A stretch of DNA of 36,573 nt from an uncultured Dehalococcoidales bacterium (GCA_964557995.1 CAZLCQ010000002.1:1-36573); one strand, 5' to 3'. Shown: positions 1 to 10,250, counted from the stretch's first letter. Made by a program: numbers and translations. The notes: generated from the letters alone by a model not told the origin.

Positions 1-2173
1 GCGAGCTTCCCACTTCCCTGGCTATGTGCTGCAAGGCAGCTGACCGAGATTCAATCACAGATTCAGCGTTTCTTCCCGTTACACCTTCAATACGATGCAG
101 TCCTGTGCCGATGCTGCTTTCGCTAGTGATCAGAAATATGCCAAGCTCCCCGGTTGACTTCACATGAGTTCCGCCACACAACTCCTTGCTTATCGCTGGC
201 TCCCCTATTGTCAACATCCGAACCTCTTCTCCATACTTCTCATCGAATAGAGCAATAGCGCCATCGGCAACAGCCTCGGGATAAGGAAGCGTCTTTGCCT
301 TCACAGCCAAATTCTGGCGTATCCATTCATTAACTCGCCTTTGAGTTTCCGTGAGCTCTTCCTCCGTTATGGGAGTCAAGTGGGAGAAGTCGAATCTAAA
401 CCTTTCCGGCTCTACCAGCGAGCCTTTCTGATAAACACGGCTACCCAAAGTCTGTCTTAAAGCGGCCTGAAGGATGTGAGTAGCAGTGTGGTTGCGAGCG
501 ATATCCTGACGACGGGCGGAATCAACTCTGGCTTCCACTTCATCACCGACAGATATGCTTCCTTCAACCACTTTCCCCCTATGTATTATCACGTTAGAAG
601 AAGTTCTAAGGGTATTTGCGACGACCATTTTCCCATTCTGGCTGCTGATTTCCCCGGTATCACCTATTTGTCCACCCATCTCACCGTAGAAAGGGGTCTT
701 ATCCAGTATCACGTCAACCTCACTGCCTTCAGCCACACTTCGCACAGAGTTTTCGTTAGTCACCAAATCGCGAATCTTTGACCTAGAGACCTCTTTTCGA
801 TAGCCAACAAAACGTGTGTCAATAACGACTTTTGGCCCATACGCTGTGGCCGCCGTCGTCGCCGGCCTGGGTTTCACTACTACGCCCCTAGCCCTCTCAC
901 GCTGCTTCTCCATCTCAGCCTGTAGACTATCCCAATCTATAGACAAGCCTTTCTCCCCGGCGATCTCGGCGGTTAGCTCCGGCGGAAAGCCGTAGGTGTC
1001 ATGAAGCCTGAACACTTCCTCGCCTGTCAATTTCTTTCGTACTTGGGATGAAGCCTCGCTAATGAGCTTTTCCACCAGGTTAAGCCCCGTATCCAGGGTA
1101 GCAATGAATTTCTCCTCTTCAACCCTGGTTACTTCGGCGATCAGGCTCTGACTGGCCATCAGCTCAGGATATATGTGGCTCATTGTGTTAGTGACGATGC
1201 CAGTCATCTCATCCAGGAAGGGGCCACTCAGTCCCAGTTTCCTGCCGAAGAGCGAAGCGCGCCTGAGTATTCGCCGCAGGACATATCCTCTGCTTTCGTT
1301 GGAGGGTATTACGCCATCAGCGATGAGAAAAGCAATGCCACGCGAGTGTTCAGCCACAACCCTGATAGCCCGGTCGATATTCTCGTCCCGACCGTATTCT
1401 TTCCCAGACAGGCGGCACATGCCGTTTACCAAAGGCGAAAAGAAGTGCGTTTCATAAGGAGAGGACTTGCCCTGAATAGCAGCCAAAGTCCTCTCCAGTC
1501 CCATACCGGTATCAATGTTCGGTTCGGGCAAAGGAGTTCGTCGTCCGTTCGGGTCTTGATTATATTGAGTGAATACCAAGTTCCATATTTCGGAGAAGCG
1601 ACCGCAGTCGCAATTGGGCTTACATTCAGCTCTGTCACAGCCGAATTCCTCACCAAGGTCATAATGAATCTCACTACATGGTCCGCACGGACCAGAATCT
1701 CCAACCGGTCCCCAGAAATTATCTTCATCACCAAATCGCAATATCCTGCTACCGGGCACTCCAAGTCTTCGCCAGTAACCAAATGCCTCTTCATCGTCAA
1801 GGTAAATAGTTATCCAGAGCCGCTCCTCAGGCAGTTTCAGATACTTAGTAACGAATTCCCAGGCCCAGGAAATGGTCTCTTCTTTGAAATAATCGCCCAC
1901 ACTGAAATTCCCGAGCATTTCGAAGAATGTCAGGTGCTTGCTGTCACCCACCGAATTTATGTCAGTGGTGCGAAAACACTTCTGACAGGAAGCTAGTCGC
2001 CGGCCAGGTGGAGTCTCCAACCCCAGGTAATACGGCTTGATTTGCACCATGCCGGCGCTGGTCAGTAGCAACGTGGGGTCCTTGTGAGGCACCAGAGAGG
2101 AACTGGGTATAACTTTGTGTCCCCTATCCTGAAAGAAACTCAGAAACGCTTGCCTAAGTTCGTCACCAGTCAC
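1..2173 (-). CDS. alaS: Alanine--tRNA ligase (AlaRS), N-terminal ~724 codons; the 3' end runs off the left edge of the window
   Basis: Absent from the ORF track because no stop lies inside the window. Manual minus-strand translation from GTG at 2171-2173 gives VTGDELRQAFLSFFQDRGHKVIPSSSLVPHKDPTLLLTSAGMVQIKPYYLG... It stays open through ...FSEIWNLVFTQYNQ..., ...DTGMGLERTLAAIQG... and ...ARNHTATHILQAALR... to position 1. These are classic AlaRS catalytic and editing-domain blocks. Confidence 0.93.
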   Translation of the reverse strand, partial: MTGDELRQAFLSFFQDRGHKVIPSSSLVPHKDPTLLLTSAGMVQIKPYYLGLETPPGRRLASCQKCFRTTDINSVGDSKHLTFFEMLGNFSVGDYFKEETISWAWEFVTKYLKLPEERLWITIYLDDEEAFGYWRRLGVPGSRILRFGDEDNFWGPVGDSGPCGPCSEIHYDLGEEFGCDRAECKPNCDCGRFSEIWNLVFTQYNQDPNGRRTPLPEPNIDTGMGLERTLAAIQGKSSPYETHFFSPLVNGMCRLSGKEYGRDENIDRAIRVVAEHSRGIAFLIADGVIPSNESRGYVLRRILRRASLFGRKLGLSGPFLDEMTGIVTNTMSHIYPELMASQSLIAEVTRVEEEKFIATLDTGLNLVEKLISEASSQVRKKLTGEEVFRLHDTYGFPPELTAEIAGEKGLSIDWDSLQAEMEKQRERARGVVVKPRPATTAATAYGPKVVIDTRFVGYRKEVSRSKIRDLVTNENSVRSVAEGSEVDVILDKTPFYGEMGGQIGDTGEISSQNGKMVVANTLRTSSNVIIHRGKVVEGSISVGDEVEARVDSARRQDIARNHTATHILQAALRQTLGSRVYQKGSLVEPERFRFDFSHLTPITEEELTETQRRVNEWIRQNLAVKAKTLPYPEAVADGAIALFDEKYGEEVRMLTIGEPAISKELCGGTHVKSTGELGIFLITSESSIGTGLHRIEGVTGRNAESVIESRSAALQHIAREVGSS

Positions 2174-2627
2174 TTACAGAGTTAGCTCCATCGAGTCCTG
2201 CGACTTCCTGAGTGGCTGCCAACAAATCCAATCCGAATAAACAGCGCAGAACTCTAGTGGTACGGTTCACTTACCTTGTTGATTTTAGAAGGTGTCAGCT
2301 TCAATGTCAATCAGCTGTAATAGAGTCCTTCCGACATCATTCTGAGTAGTCGAAATGAATTAGGTCGCGGCCAAGACTGACAGCTTCCCCCCGATTTCCT
2401 CCAGTCCACCATTCGACCGCGGAGGCTATGCCACGGCTGTTCTGCGATCTTCATAACCTCCGTTGGGGGGTTACCACCAGCATAGACCTCTGGAAATCCT
2501 TTCTCATACCGACTATAATACGGCGTCCGCAGAAATCATTAGGAAAGTGCCGTATTCACGTTGGAAGGCAGGGTTTCAAAACATGGCTGCATTGTAGGCA
2601 AAGGATGCCTATCGAAAGGAGAGTAAC

Positions 2628-3722
2628 ATGATTTCGTTCAGCCCGACAGAAGAACAGCAAATGATTGTGAGCATGGCAAAGCAGTTTGCCAACGATGAGA
2701 TGCGCAAAATCTATCGCCAGTGTGATGAAGAGGGAACGATTCCTGAGGGTGTCATAGACACTGCCTGGAAGATGGGGCTCACCTCCACCAGTATTCCAGA
2801 AGCCTACGGCGGACCTGGCGGCGAACGCTCCGCTATCACAGGTTCGTTGATAGCAGAGGAACTGGCCTGGGGCGACCTTTCGATAGCAATGCATGTTCTC
2901 TGTCCAGCTCTGCTTGCCTACCCTATCCTCGAAATGGGCACGGACACACAGAGACAGAAATACCTGCCTCCTTTCTCTGGCGAGAAGTACAAGGCAGCGA
3001 CCGCTGCGCTCATCGAGCCACGGTTCGGTTTTGATCCTCACTCTCTGTCAACGGTTGCCCGTCTTGACGGCAATGAGTATGTCCTCAACGGCGAGAAATG
3101 CTATGTGCCTCTGGCTGCCGAAGCTGACCCGTTCCTTGTCTACGCAGCAGCAGATGGCAGCAGCCAGGCCTTCATTGTCGAGAAAGGGACAAAGGGGCTT
3201 GAGATTGGTGAGCGTGAGAAGAATATGGGCATAAAAGCTCTGGCCACATACGAAATTACCATCAAAGATTGCCGCATTCCTAAGGAAAACCGGTTGGAAC
3301 GCGACAATGGATACGATTTCAACCGTATCATGAATTGTTCCCGGGTGGCGCTGTCGGCAATGGCTGTAGGGGTAGCCAAAGCTGCCATGGAATACTCTAG
3401 AGATTATGCCAAGGAGCGCGTGGCTTTCGGAGAGCCCATTGGCTCCCGCCAAGCGGTCGCCTTCATGCTGGCAGAGATGGCGATTGAAATCGATGCTACC
3501 AGGCTAATGACGTGGGAAGCCGCCTGGAGATTAGACCAAACCAATGACGCGACTAGAGAGGCAGCACTGGCAAAAGCATATGCTGACGACATGGTTTTGA
3601 TGGTAACTGACCGGGCTGTACAGATCCTGGGCGGGCACGGTTATGTTCGCGAGCACCCGGTGGAGCTCTGGTTGAGGAACGGCCGTGGATTTAGCACTTT
3701 TGATGGCTTGGCCATAGTATAA
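2628..3722 (+). CDS. Acyl-CoA dehydrogenase family protein (short, 364 aa; atypical C-terminus)
   Basis: ACAD-like layout: N-terminal 'EEQQMIVSMAKQFA', a mid-domain 'AALIEPRFGFDPHS...YVLNGEKCYV' and C-terminal 'AVQILGGHGYVREHPVELWLRNGRGFSTFDGLAIV*'. The canonical 'YEGT' catalytic context reads 'FDGL' and the protein ends 5 residues later. 'GAAAGGAGAG' lies 4 nt upstream of the ATG. Confidence 0.85.
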   Translation: MISFSPTEEQQMIVSMAKQFANDEMRKIYRQCDEEGTIPEGVIDTAWKMGLTSTSIPEAYGGPGGERSAITGSLIAEELAWGDLSIAMHVLCPALLAYPILEMGTDTQRQKYLPPFSGEKYKAATAALIEPRFGFDPHSLSTVARLDGNEYVLNGEKCYVPLAAEADPFLVYAAADGSSQAFIVEKGTKGLEIGEREKNMGIKALATYEITIKDCRIPKENRLERDNGYDFNRIMNCSRVALSAMAVGVAKAAMEYSRDYAKERVAFGEPIGSRQAVAFMLAEMAIEIDATRLMTWEAAWRLDQTNDATREAALAKAYADDMVLMVTDRAVQILGGHGYVREHPVELWLRNGRGFSTFDGLAIV

Positions 3723-3735
3723 AAGGAGGTATTGA

Positions 3736-4935
3736 GTGATGATAGACTTCGAACCGACTCAAGAACAGACGGAGGCAAGAGATATAGCCCACAAGTTTGC
3801 AGAAGAACTGTTTCGGCCTGTAAGCCGTTACTATGACGAGCATGAACACGAAAGTCCGCACGAACTCATCGATAAGACATGGGGAGAAAGAAACAAGGGT
3901 ACCTTGGCCCTAGGTCTGGACATCACTGCATGCCTCAGAATCGAAGAGCTTTGCTGGGGAGATGCAGGTCTGTTTCTATGTGTTCCTGGCCCAGGACTTG
4001 GAGGCGCTGCCATCTTTGCCTCGGGCACCAAAGAGCAGTTGTCACGTTTTCTAGGTAACTTCAACGAAGGCGACCCCAAGTGGGGTGCCATGGCCATGAC
4101 AGAGCCGGGCTGTGGTTCCGATACTTCTGCCATCACTGCCACCGCTACACGTGACGGCAACGAATGGGTGCTCAACGGCGAGAAAATTTTTGTCACCTGG
4201 GGAAAGCGTGCCGCCGAGAATCCCGGCGGCCTGGTAGTAGTCTGGGCGACCGTGGATAAATCGGCAGGACGGGCCGGCATGAAATCTTTTGTGGTGCCGG
4301 CCGGAACTCCGGGAATGAGAGTGGAAAAACTAGAGAAGAAGCTGGGGATCAGAGCCAATGACACGGCTACCATTATCTTCGATAACTGCCGTATTCCCTT
4401 TGAGAACATACTTGGTAGCCCGGAGGTCAAGAAGGTAGCTAAGGGGGAAACCAAAGGATTCAAAGGCGCAATGGCGACATTTGATGCAACTCGACCCGTT
4501 GTGGCCGCTATGGCCATCGGTGTCGGACGCGCCGCACTGGATTTTGTCAAAGAAGCACTCGAAAAGCAAGGCGTAGAGATACGCTATGGCGTTCCCAGGC
4601 AGAAGCTTACTGCCTTGGAACGGGACATCATGGAGATGGAAGCGAACTATAAGGCAGCCAAGCTCCTTACCTTGCGGGCCCTCTGGATGATGAGCCAGCT
4701 TCAACCCAATAACCTAGAGGCATCAATGGCCAAGGCCAAAGCTGGTCTTGCTGTTACCAAAATCACCCAGAAAGCAGTTGAGATTATGGGTCCACTCGGT
4801 TATTCCCAAAAGTACCTGCTGGAGAAGTGGATGCGCGATGCGAAGATAAATGACATCTTCGAAGGAACAGGGCAGATTAATATGCTTGTCGTGGCCAGAA
4901 GGGTTCTCGACTATTCGAGGGATCAGCTCAAATAA
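3736..4935 (+). CDS. Acyl-CoA dehydrogenase (399 aa, canonical motifs)
   Basis: Motifs present: 'AMAMTEPGCGSDTSAI', 'WVLNGEKIFVT', 'GIRANDTATIIFDNCRIP' and 'KWMRDAKINDIFEGTGQINMLVVARRVL' (canonical catalytic Glu context). A strong SD AAGGAGG at 3723-3729 lies 6 nt before GTG 3736; ATG 3739 is an alternative start. Confidence 0.88.
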   Translation: MMIDFEPTQEQTEARDIAHKFAEELFRPVSRYYDEHEHESPHELIDKTWGERNKGTLALGLDITACLRIEELCWGDAGLFLCVPGPGLGGAAIFASGTKEQLSRFLGNFNEGDPKWGAMAMTEPGCGSDTSAITATATRDGNEWVLNGEKIFVTWGKRAAENPGGLVVVWATVDKSAGRAGMKSFVVPAGTPGMRVEKLEKKLGIRANDTATIIFDNCRIPFENILGSPEVKKVAKGETKGFKGAMATFDATRPVVAAMAIGVGRAALDFVKEALEKQGVEIRYGVPRQKLTALERDIMEMEANYKAAKLLTLRALWMMSQLQPNNLEASMAKAKAGLAVTKITQKAVEIMGPLGYSQKYLLEKWMRDAKINDIFEGTGQINMLVVARRVLDYSRDQLK

Positions 4936-5004
4936 CGGTATTCTCAGCAGCTGAAATTCTGTTGTTTCGCGAACTTTGCTACAGTACTTGCCCATCCACC
5001 GATT

Positions 5005-5030
5005 GGGAATTCATTCATTTCCCCTTTTTT
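5005..5030 (+). terminator. Candidate intrinsic terminator downstream of the ACAD pair
   Basis: GGGAA (5005-5009), a 9-nt loop and TTCCC (5019-5023), followed by C plus T6 (5025-5030). The stem is short, so support is weak. Confidence 0.35.
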
Positions 5031-5227
5031 GCATAATCAGGGCACCAGGTGGCATTCGGCCGCTCAGGGCGATTACAGGCGCTCCTCCAGTTCCACTTAC
5101 AACTGTCACAGAGGAGAACATTCATGCCCAGTTTCCTCTTGAAGTCTATCTTGAATCTGTCCAGCCGACTGGGACCGCTTCGTCTTTTCACTTCAATTCT
5201 AGTGGAAGATCAAATCACGATGTGAAC

Positions 5228-6493
5228 CTACATATCCTTGGACAGAGTGGCTAAGAATTCGGCGTTGTCCTTTGTCTTGGCCATCCGTTCCAGGATCCTT
5301 TGCGTGGCCTCACCATGATTAGGTGAGTCGCTATCTATCATACTGATTACGCGCCTTAGCAACCATACTTGTTTCAAGGTGTTTTCGTCCAACAGAAGCT
5401 CTTCCCTCCTTGTACCGCTGGGCATGATATTTATAGCCGGGAAGATCCTTCGCTCAGACAGTTTCCTGTCCAAGTGCAGTTCCATGTTGCCTGTTCCTTT
5501 GAACTCCTCATATATCAGGTCGTCCATCCGGCTCCCTGTATCCACGAGGCAAGTAGCAATGATGGTTAGACTTCCCCCTTCCTCGATATTGCGAGCAGTG
5601 CCGAAGAATCGCTTAGGAGGATGCAGCGCCGTTGAGTCAATACCACCAGACAAAGTACGCCCACTAGGAGGCAAGGCTAAGTTGTAAGCTCTGGTAAGTC
5701 TGGTAATGCCATCAAGGAGTATAACCACATCCTTGCCCATTTCTACCAGCCGTTTGGCTCTCTCCAATGCCAATTCCGCCACTCGAGTCTGGGCATCCAC
5801 AGGTTCATCGAAGGTAGCAGCAATGACCTCGGCCTTGACTGACCTCTTCATATCAGTCACCTCTTCCGGCCTTTCTCCAATTAGGCAAACCATGAGGTGA
5901 ATATCATCGTAACTAGTAGTCACGGCATTGGCAATCTTCTGAAGAAGCACCGTCTTGCCTGCCTTCGGTGGTGATACTATCAGACCTCTTTGTCCTCTAC
6001 CTATAGGTGCCACCAGATTGATTAGACGCGTGGATATATCCTCCGAAGTCGTTTCCAGATTAATGAGCTTATTTGGAAAAGTCGGCGTTAACGAACCGAA
6101 AGTGCGGCGCGTCCTCCCTAGCTCGGGGTCGAGTCCATTGATGCTATCCACTCTAAGCAAGCTATAGTATTTTTCGCCTTCCTTAGGAGGTCTGGCTTGA
6201 CCATAAACAGCATCACCATCTTTCAGGTTGAAACGGCGTATCTGAGAATTTGATACGTACACATCATTAGGACCACGCCGGAACGTATCTTGTCGCAAGA
6301 AGCCATAACCCTCGCTGATGGTCTCTAAGACGCCTGTTATGAACATATTCCCTTGTTGCTCTGCTTCTGACTGCAAGATGCGATAGATAAGTTCGGGCTT
6401 CTTCAAGGTAGTGTACCCCGCGATGCCACACTCCTTGGCCATCGCCTCCAGCTCATCTCGATTCTTGCTTTCAAGTTCTGCCATAGTTGACAT
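5228..6493 (-). CDS. rho: Transcription termination factor Rho
   Basis: 421 aa. N-terminal Rho_N 'ELESKNRDELEAMAKECGIAGYTTLKKPELIYRIL', the RNA-binding OB region 'GFLR...DVYVSNSQIRRFNLKDGD', Walker A 'GLIVSPPKAGKTVLLQ' and C-terminal 'LDRKLSERRIFPAINI'. Confidence 0.95.
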   Translation of the reverse strand: MSTMAELESKNRDELEAMAKECGIAGYTTLKKPELIYRILQSEAEQQGNMFITGVLETISEGYGFLRQDTFRRGPNDVYVSNSQIRRFNLKDGDAVYGQARPPKEGEKYYSLLRVDSINGLDPELGRTRRTFGSLTPTFPNKLINLETTSEDISTRLINLVAPIGRGQRGLIVSPPKAGKTVLLQKIANAVTTSYDDIHLMVCLIGERPEEVTDMKRSVKAEVIAATFDEPVDAQTRVAELALERAKRLVEMGKDVVILLDGITRLTRAYNLALPPSGRTLSGGIDSTALHPPKRFFGTARNIEEGGSLTIIATCLVDTGSRMDDLIYEEFKGTGNMELHLDRKLSERRIFPAINIMPSGTRREELLLDENTLKQVWLLRRVISMIDSDSPNHGEATQRILERMAKTKDNAEFLATLSKDM

Positions 6494-6558
6494 AGTGACC
6501 TCTCTCCAAATACTGTTTCTCTCTATCCCGACTTCGTCGACACGATGCTATGAGGTTT

Positions 6559-7221
6559 TCACAATAATCCCTCTGTCGTCATCACCTTGCTCCAGTCATC
6601 CCTGAAACGCTGAATGCCTATATCCGTCAACGGGTGTCGCACCATTTGTAGCAAAACCTCATAGGGCACTGTGGCGATATGAGCACCGATTCTGGCTGCC
6701 GTCAAACAATGCTGGGGATGCCTGATACTGGCGGCGATGACCTGGGCGGGTAGCTGATAATAGTCCAGATATTCTACGATGTCAGCCACCACCGTCATGC
6801 CGTCCTCGCCGATATCATCTAACCTGCCTACGAAGGGGCTTATGAACCTAGCTCCCGCTTCCGCAGCCAGTATGGCCTGGTTCAATGTGAAGCACAAAGT
6901 GAAATTGACCTTTACGTTTTCCTTGGCCAGCACCGCTGTGGCCTCCACTCCTTCGGGGCTAGCCGGTATCTTGACCACTACATTGTCTGCCCATTTCGCT
7001 ATTTCTCTCGCCTCAGTCACTATTGTTTTAACATCCTGACCTAGCACCTCGGTAGATACTGGGCCAGGAACGATACCACAGATTTCCTCTACCAATTTTC
7101 GGTAGTCAACTTTGCCTTCCCTCGATACCAGGCTGGGGTTGGTAGTCACGCCTGTGATCACCCCCAATCTGACTCCGTGGCGAATATGCTCTATGTTGGC
7201 AGTATCTAAGAATATCCTCAT
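6559..7221 (-). CDS. tal: Transaldolase, short (type 3B / fructose-6-phosphate aldolase-like) form
   Basis: 220 aa. 'MRIFLDTANIEHIRH...GVTTNPSL', Schiff-base lysine context 'VVVKIPAS' and 'ISPFVGRLDD'. The ATG lies 4 nt after the pyrG stop. Confidence 0.9.
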   Translation of the reverse strand: MRIFLDTANIEHIRHGVRLGVITGVTTNPSLVSREGKVDYRKLVEEICGIVPGPVSTEVLGQDVKTIVTEAREIAKWADNVVVKIPASPEGVEATAVLAKENVKVNFTLCFTLNQAILAAEAGARFISPFVGRLDDIGEDGMTVVADIVEYLDYYQLPAQVIAASIRHPQHCLTAARIGAHIATVPYEVLLQMVRHPLTDIGIQRFRDDWSKVMTTEGLL

Positions 7222-7225
7222 CTTC

Positions 7226-8854
7226 TCAGTTCAACGGTAGACTTGTCTGAGCACCCTCGATAAGTGTCTCCTTGGCGGCCCCCACGAACCCCACGAATAG
7301 CGGATGGGGAGAATCGGGACGAGATTTGAACTCGGGGTGAAACTGGCAGGCAACCATCCAAGGATGATCCCGTAATTCAGCAATCTCTACCAACCTTCCA
7401 TCAGGCGATAAACCAGAGGCTGTAATACCGGCTTGTTCCAACGGCTGCCGGAAATCATTATTGAACTCATAACGGTGGCGGTGTCTTTCATAGACTACTT
7501 CGACCCCGTAAGCACTGGCCGCTCTTGTTCCCGCCACCAGATGACAGGGATAGGTCCCAAGCCTCATAGTCCCTCCCTTTTCCTCCACGCTACGCTGCTC
7601 AGGCAGGAGGTCAATAACAGGATAAGCGCTAACAGCGTCGAACTCGGTGGAATTCACCTTGTCGCTATGAAAAACGTGACGCCCAAGCTCGATGACCATA
7701 ATATGCATCCCTAGGCATAGACCGAAGTAAGGCATTTCTCTTTCCCGGGCAAACTTGGCAGCTTTCACCATGCCTTCAATGCCCCGATAACCAAAGCCAC
7801 CGGGAACGATGATGCCCTGAACTTGCCTCAGCTTATCATCGCCCATGCCATCCAATTGCTCCGAATCCAACCACTCTATCTTCACTGTGCGATTGTGAGC
7901 CAATGCTGCGTGGCACAGCGCCTCCCGCACCGAGTAGTAGGCATCTCGTAGGCCCACATATTTGCCGACTAGTCCAATGGTTACAGGTTCTTTGGGAGTC
8001 TTCAGCCTGCCTACCATGGCCCGCCATTCTTCCAAATTGCTTCTCTCAGCTCTTAATCCCAATCGGCGAACTATGAATTCTCCCAGCCCGGCATCCTCAA
8101 GCAGCAAGGGCACTTCGTAAATCGTATCGCTGGTGACCAGAGAGATAACCGCCTCTTTATCTACATCACAAAACAGCGATATTTTATCCCTGATCCCTGC
8201 GGATATCTCCCTATCGCTCCGGCAAAGTATGGCGTCGGGCTGAATACCGATTCTCCTGAGTTCATTTACGCTATGTTGAGTGGGCTTTGTCTTCAGTTCA
8301 TCAGTGGCGGCGACATGCGGCAGAAAGGTGACATGAATGTATAATACATTATCTCTCCCTTCGTCCTTTCTCATTTGCCTTATGGCTTCGAGGAAAGGTT
8401 GCCCTTCAATATCTCCCACGGTGCCGCCAACTTCGACCATAACTATCTCAGCCTGAGATATTTCCGCCACCTTCCTTATGCGTCTTTTTATTTCATTTGT
8501 TACGTGGGGAACTACCTGAATCGTGCCTCCCAGAAAATCCCCTCGCCTCTCATTAGCAATGACCGAAGCATAAACCTGACCTGAAGTCACGTTGGAAGCT
8601 TGCGTCAACTCCACTCCAATGAATCTCTCATAATGTCCTAGGTCCAGATCAGTCTCAGCACCGTCTTGCGTAACGAACACCTCGCCGTGCTGGAAAGGGG
8701 ACATCGTCCCGGGGTCAACGTTCAGGTAAGGGTCTAGTTTCTGCACCGAGACAGATATGCCGCGGCTTTCCAGTATTCTGCCGATAGAGGCTACCGAAAT
8801 TCCCTTCCCTACAGAACTAACTACGCCGCCACTGATGAAAATATACTTACTCAC
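7226..8854 (-). CDS. pyrG: CTP synthase
   Basis: 542 aa from a GTG start. '[17 protein letters not shown]', '[21 protein letters not shown]' and the GATase nucleophile context '[10 protein letters not shown]' plus 'QFHPEF'. Confidence 0.96.
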   Translation of the reverse strand: MSKYIFISGGVVSSVGKGISVASIGRILESRGISVSVQKLDPYLNVDPGTMSPFQHGEVFVTQDGAETDLDLGHYERFIGVELTQASNVTSGQVYASVIANERRGDFLGGTIQVVPHVTNEIKRRIRKVAEISQAEIVMVEVGGTVGDIEGQPFLEAIRQMRKDEGRDNVLYIHVTFLPHVAATDELKTKPTQHSVNELRRIGIQPDAILCRSDREISAGIRDKISLFCDVDKEAVISLVTSDTIYEVPLLLEDAGLGEFIVRRLGLRAERSNLEEWRAMVGRLKTPKEPVTIGLVGKYVGLRDAYYSVREALCHAALAHNRTVKIEWLDSEQLDGMGDDKLRQVQGIIVPGGFGYRGIEGMVKAAKFAREREMPYFGLCLGMHIMVIELGRHVFHSDKVNSTEFDAVSAYPVIDLLPEQRSVEEKGGTMRLGTYPCHLVAGTRAASAYGVEVVYERHRHRYEFNNDFRQPLEQAGITASGLSPDGRLVEIAELRDHPWMVACQFHPEFKSRPDSPHPLFVGFVGAAKETLIEGAQTSLPLN

Positions 8855-8932
8855 TGCTTAACACAAGATTATAGAGAAAGCCAAATCCTGTAAGTTGACA
8901 CTAGAAGGCGGAACAAACCCGGGTTTCCTCTT

Positions 8933-8962
8933 ATTATAGAAATTGGCATTTCCAGTTGTCAA
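8933..8962 (-). promoter_or_regulatory. Candidate sigma70-type promoter for pyrG-tal-rho
   Basis: The minus strand reads TTGACA (8962-8957), an 18-nt spacer and TATAAT (8938-8933). This would give a leader of about 70 nt. The leader begins at the 12-nt palindrome AAACCCGGGTTT (8915-8926). Confidence 0.45.
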
Positions 8963-9036
8963 GTCTGCTGTATTGAAATGATTTCACATCCCATGTCCTG
9001 ACTTCGGCCAAGGGTCTCTATTAAGAGACTTGGCAA

Positions 9037-9045
9037 TGCTATAAT
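9037..9045 (+). promoter_or_regulatory. Extended -10 element (TGcTATAAT) upstream of the HtrA-like gene
   Basis: TGCTATAAT lies 13 nt before ATG 9059, with no SD in between. A perfect hairpin or palindrome GTCTCT-ATTA-AGAGAC sits at 9013-9028, where a -35 would be. Confidence 0.35.
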
Positions 9046-9058
9046 AAGCTAACGAAAA

Positions 9059-10165
9059 ATGTCTATAAAGCAAATTGTGGCTGTCGTGATAGTGGCAACG
9101 TTGGGCTTGACTCTTGGTGGCTGGGCCTTGTCGACTTTATTTATGTCCCCACCACCTAACCCGCCACTGTCTAATAGCACGGCCCAGTACACTGATTCCA
9201 ATTGGACATTCCCATCAGAGACCTGGCCAAGTACTCCTTTGCCCGATTTCCGGCCCGTAGTCAGCAAAGTGATGCCCTCCGTGGTCTCAGTGACAACGGA
9301 GTCGGTGATCTCTGATTTCTTCGGTCGTCAGTATACGGAATCTGCCGCTGGGTCTGGAATAATCATCGATGACAAGGGATACATTGCCACCAATAACCAT
9401 GTTGTCGAAGATGCGCAAAACATATATGCGGAGTTGATCGACGGCAGAACTTTTTCTGCGGACATAGTGGGCACTGACCCCTTATCTGATCTCGCAGTCA
9501 TAAAGGTAGATACTATAGATCTGCCCTACGCTCGCTGGGGCGACTCGAACTCGCTATCACTTGGTGAGTGGGTATTAGCCATTGGTAACGCCCTTGGAGA
9601 AGGAATAACAGCCACTGAGGGAATAGTCAGCCGCTTGAATGTGTCTGTGAACGTTGATGGGAATACGCTTTTCGGTCTAGTTCAAACCACGGCAGCGATC
9701 AACCCCGGCAACAGCGGTGGCCCACTGGTGAATTTGTCTGGCGAGGTTACTGGCATTACCAGCGTTAAGATAGTGTCATCCGCGGTAGAAGGCATAGGCT
9801 ACGCCATAAGCAGCAGTGAGGCTATGCCCATCATCGAGGACCTAATTCGCTGTGGTCACGTGACCTATCCTTGGCTAGGTGTAGCCGCGTCTACCGTCAC
9901 GCCCTTGCTGGCCGCGTCAGAGAGTCTTTCGGTGGACAGGGGAGCCCTGATTGCAGAACTGGTTGCTGACAGTCCCGCAGAAGCTGCGGGATTGAGGACG
10001 GGCGATGTCATTATCCGCTTTAGGGACGACGAAATAAATGATGTTGCTGACCTTGTCCTAGCTATTCGAGCCAGCGAGATTGGCGAAGAAGTGCAAATAG
10101 TCTTTGTCAGAGGCGACGATACCAGAACAACTTCAGCTCAGCTAGTTGAACGCCCTAGTCTCTAA
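9059..10165 (+). CDS. htrA: HtrA/DegP-family serine protease (trypsin-like S1C domain plus one PDZ), membrane-anchored
   Basis: 368 aa with an N-terminal TM helix. The triad contexts are 'ATNNHVV', 'SDLAVIKV' and 'INPGNSGGPLVN'. The PDZ region is 'GALIAELVADSPAEAAGLRTGDVIIRF'. Confidence 0.9.
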   Translation: MSIKQIVAVVIVATLGLTLGGWALSTLFMSPPPNPPLSNSTAQYTDSNWTFPSETWPSTPLPDFRPVVSKVMPSVVSVTTESVISDFFGRQYTESAAGSGIIIDDKGYIATNNHVVEDAQNIYAELIDGRTFSADIVGTDPLSDLAVIKVDTIDLPYARWGDSNSLSLGEWVLAIGNALGEGITATEGIVSRLNVSVNVDGNTLFGLVQTTAAINPGNSGGPLVNLSGEVTGITSVKIVSSAVEGIGYAISSSEAMPIIEDLIRCGHVTYPWLGVAASTVTPLLAASESLSVDRGALIAELVADSPAEAAGLRTGDVIIRFRDDEINDVADLVLAIRASEIGEEVQIVFVRGDDTRTTSAQLVERPSL

Positions 10166-10250
10166 ACGGGACAACCTCTGAATAGACTCAGACTTCAAAT
10201 GCTCTGAACATAAAGCCGTTTTGGCCATTTCGCTTTTGGATTTTGACACT

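Noticed and set aside
1175-1996. A 273-aa plus-strand ORF, together with the 94-aa (plus) and 124-aa (minus) ORFs in the same region.
   Set aside because: They are antisense to, or out of frame with, the clearly recognisable alaS reading frame. They have no family motifs and are typical shadow ORFs.
3831-4550. A 239-aa minus-strand ORF, rich in Ala, Ser and Pro.
   Set aside because: It is entirely antisense to ACAD-2. The low-complexity composition is typical of the reverse frame of a real gene, and it has no RBS or motif support. The same reasoning applies to 22890-23456 (antisense to ftsH), 18106-18564 (antisense to thiL) and the other long shadow ORFs.
4976-5254. A 92-aa plus-strand ORF in the convergent gap between ACAD-2 and rho.
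   Set aside because: It has no SD and no recognisable motifs. It runs through the candidate terminator hairpin and into the rho 3' end, so it is probably non-coding.
8915-8926. The palindrome AAACCCGGGTTT at the start of the putative pyrG leader, as a CTP-sensing attenuator like that of Bacillus pyrG.
   Set aside because: There is no downstream terminator hairpin with a U-tract and no GGGC-type initially transcribed sequence. It is a single 12-nt palindrome that could equally be a chance SmaI-like site or an operator.
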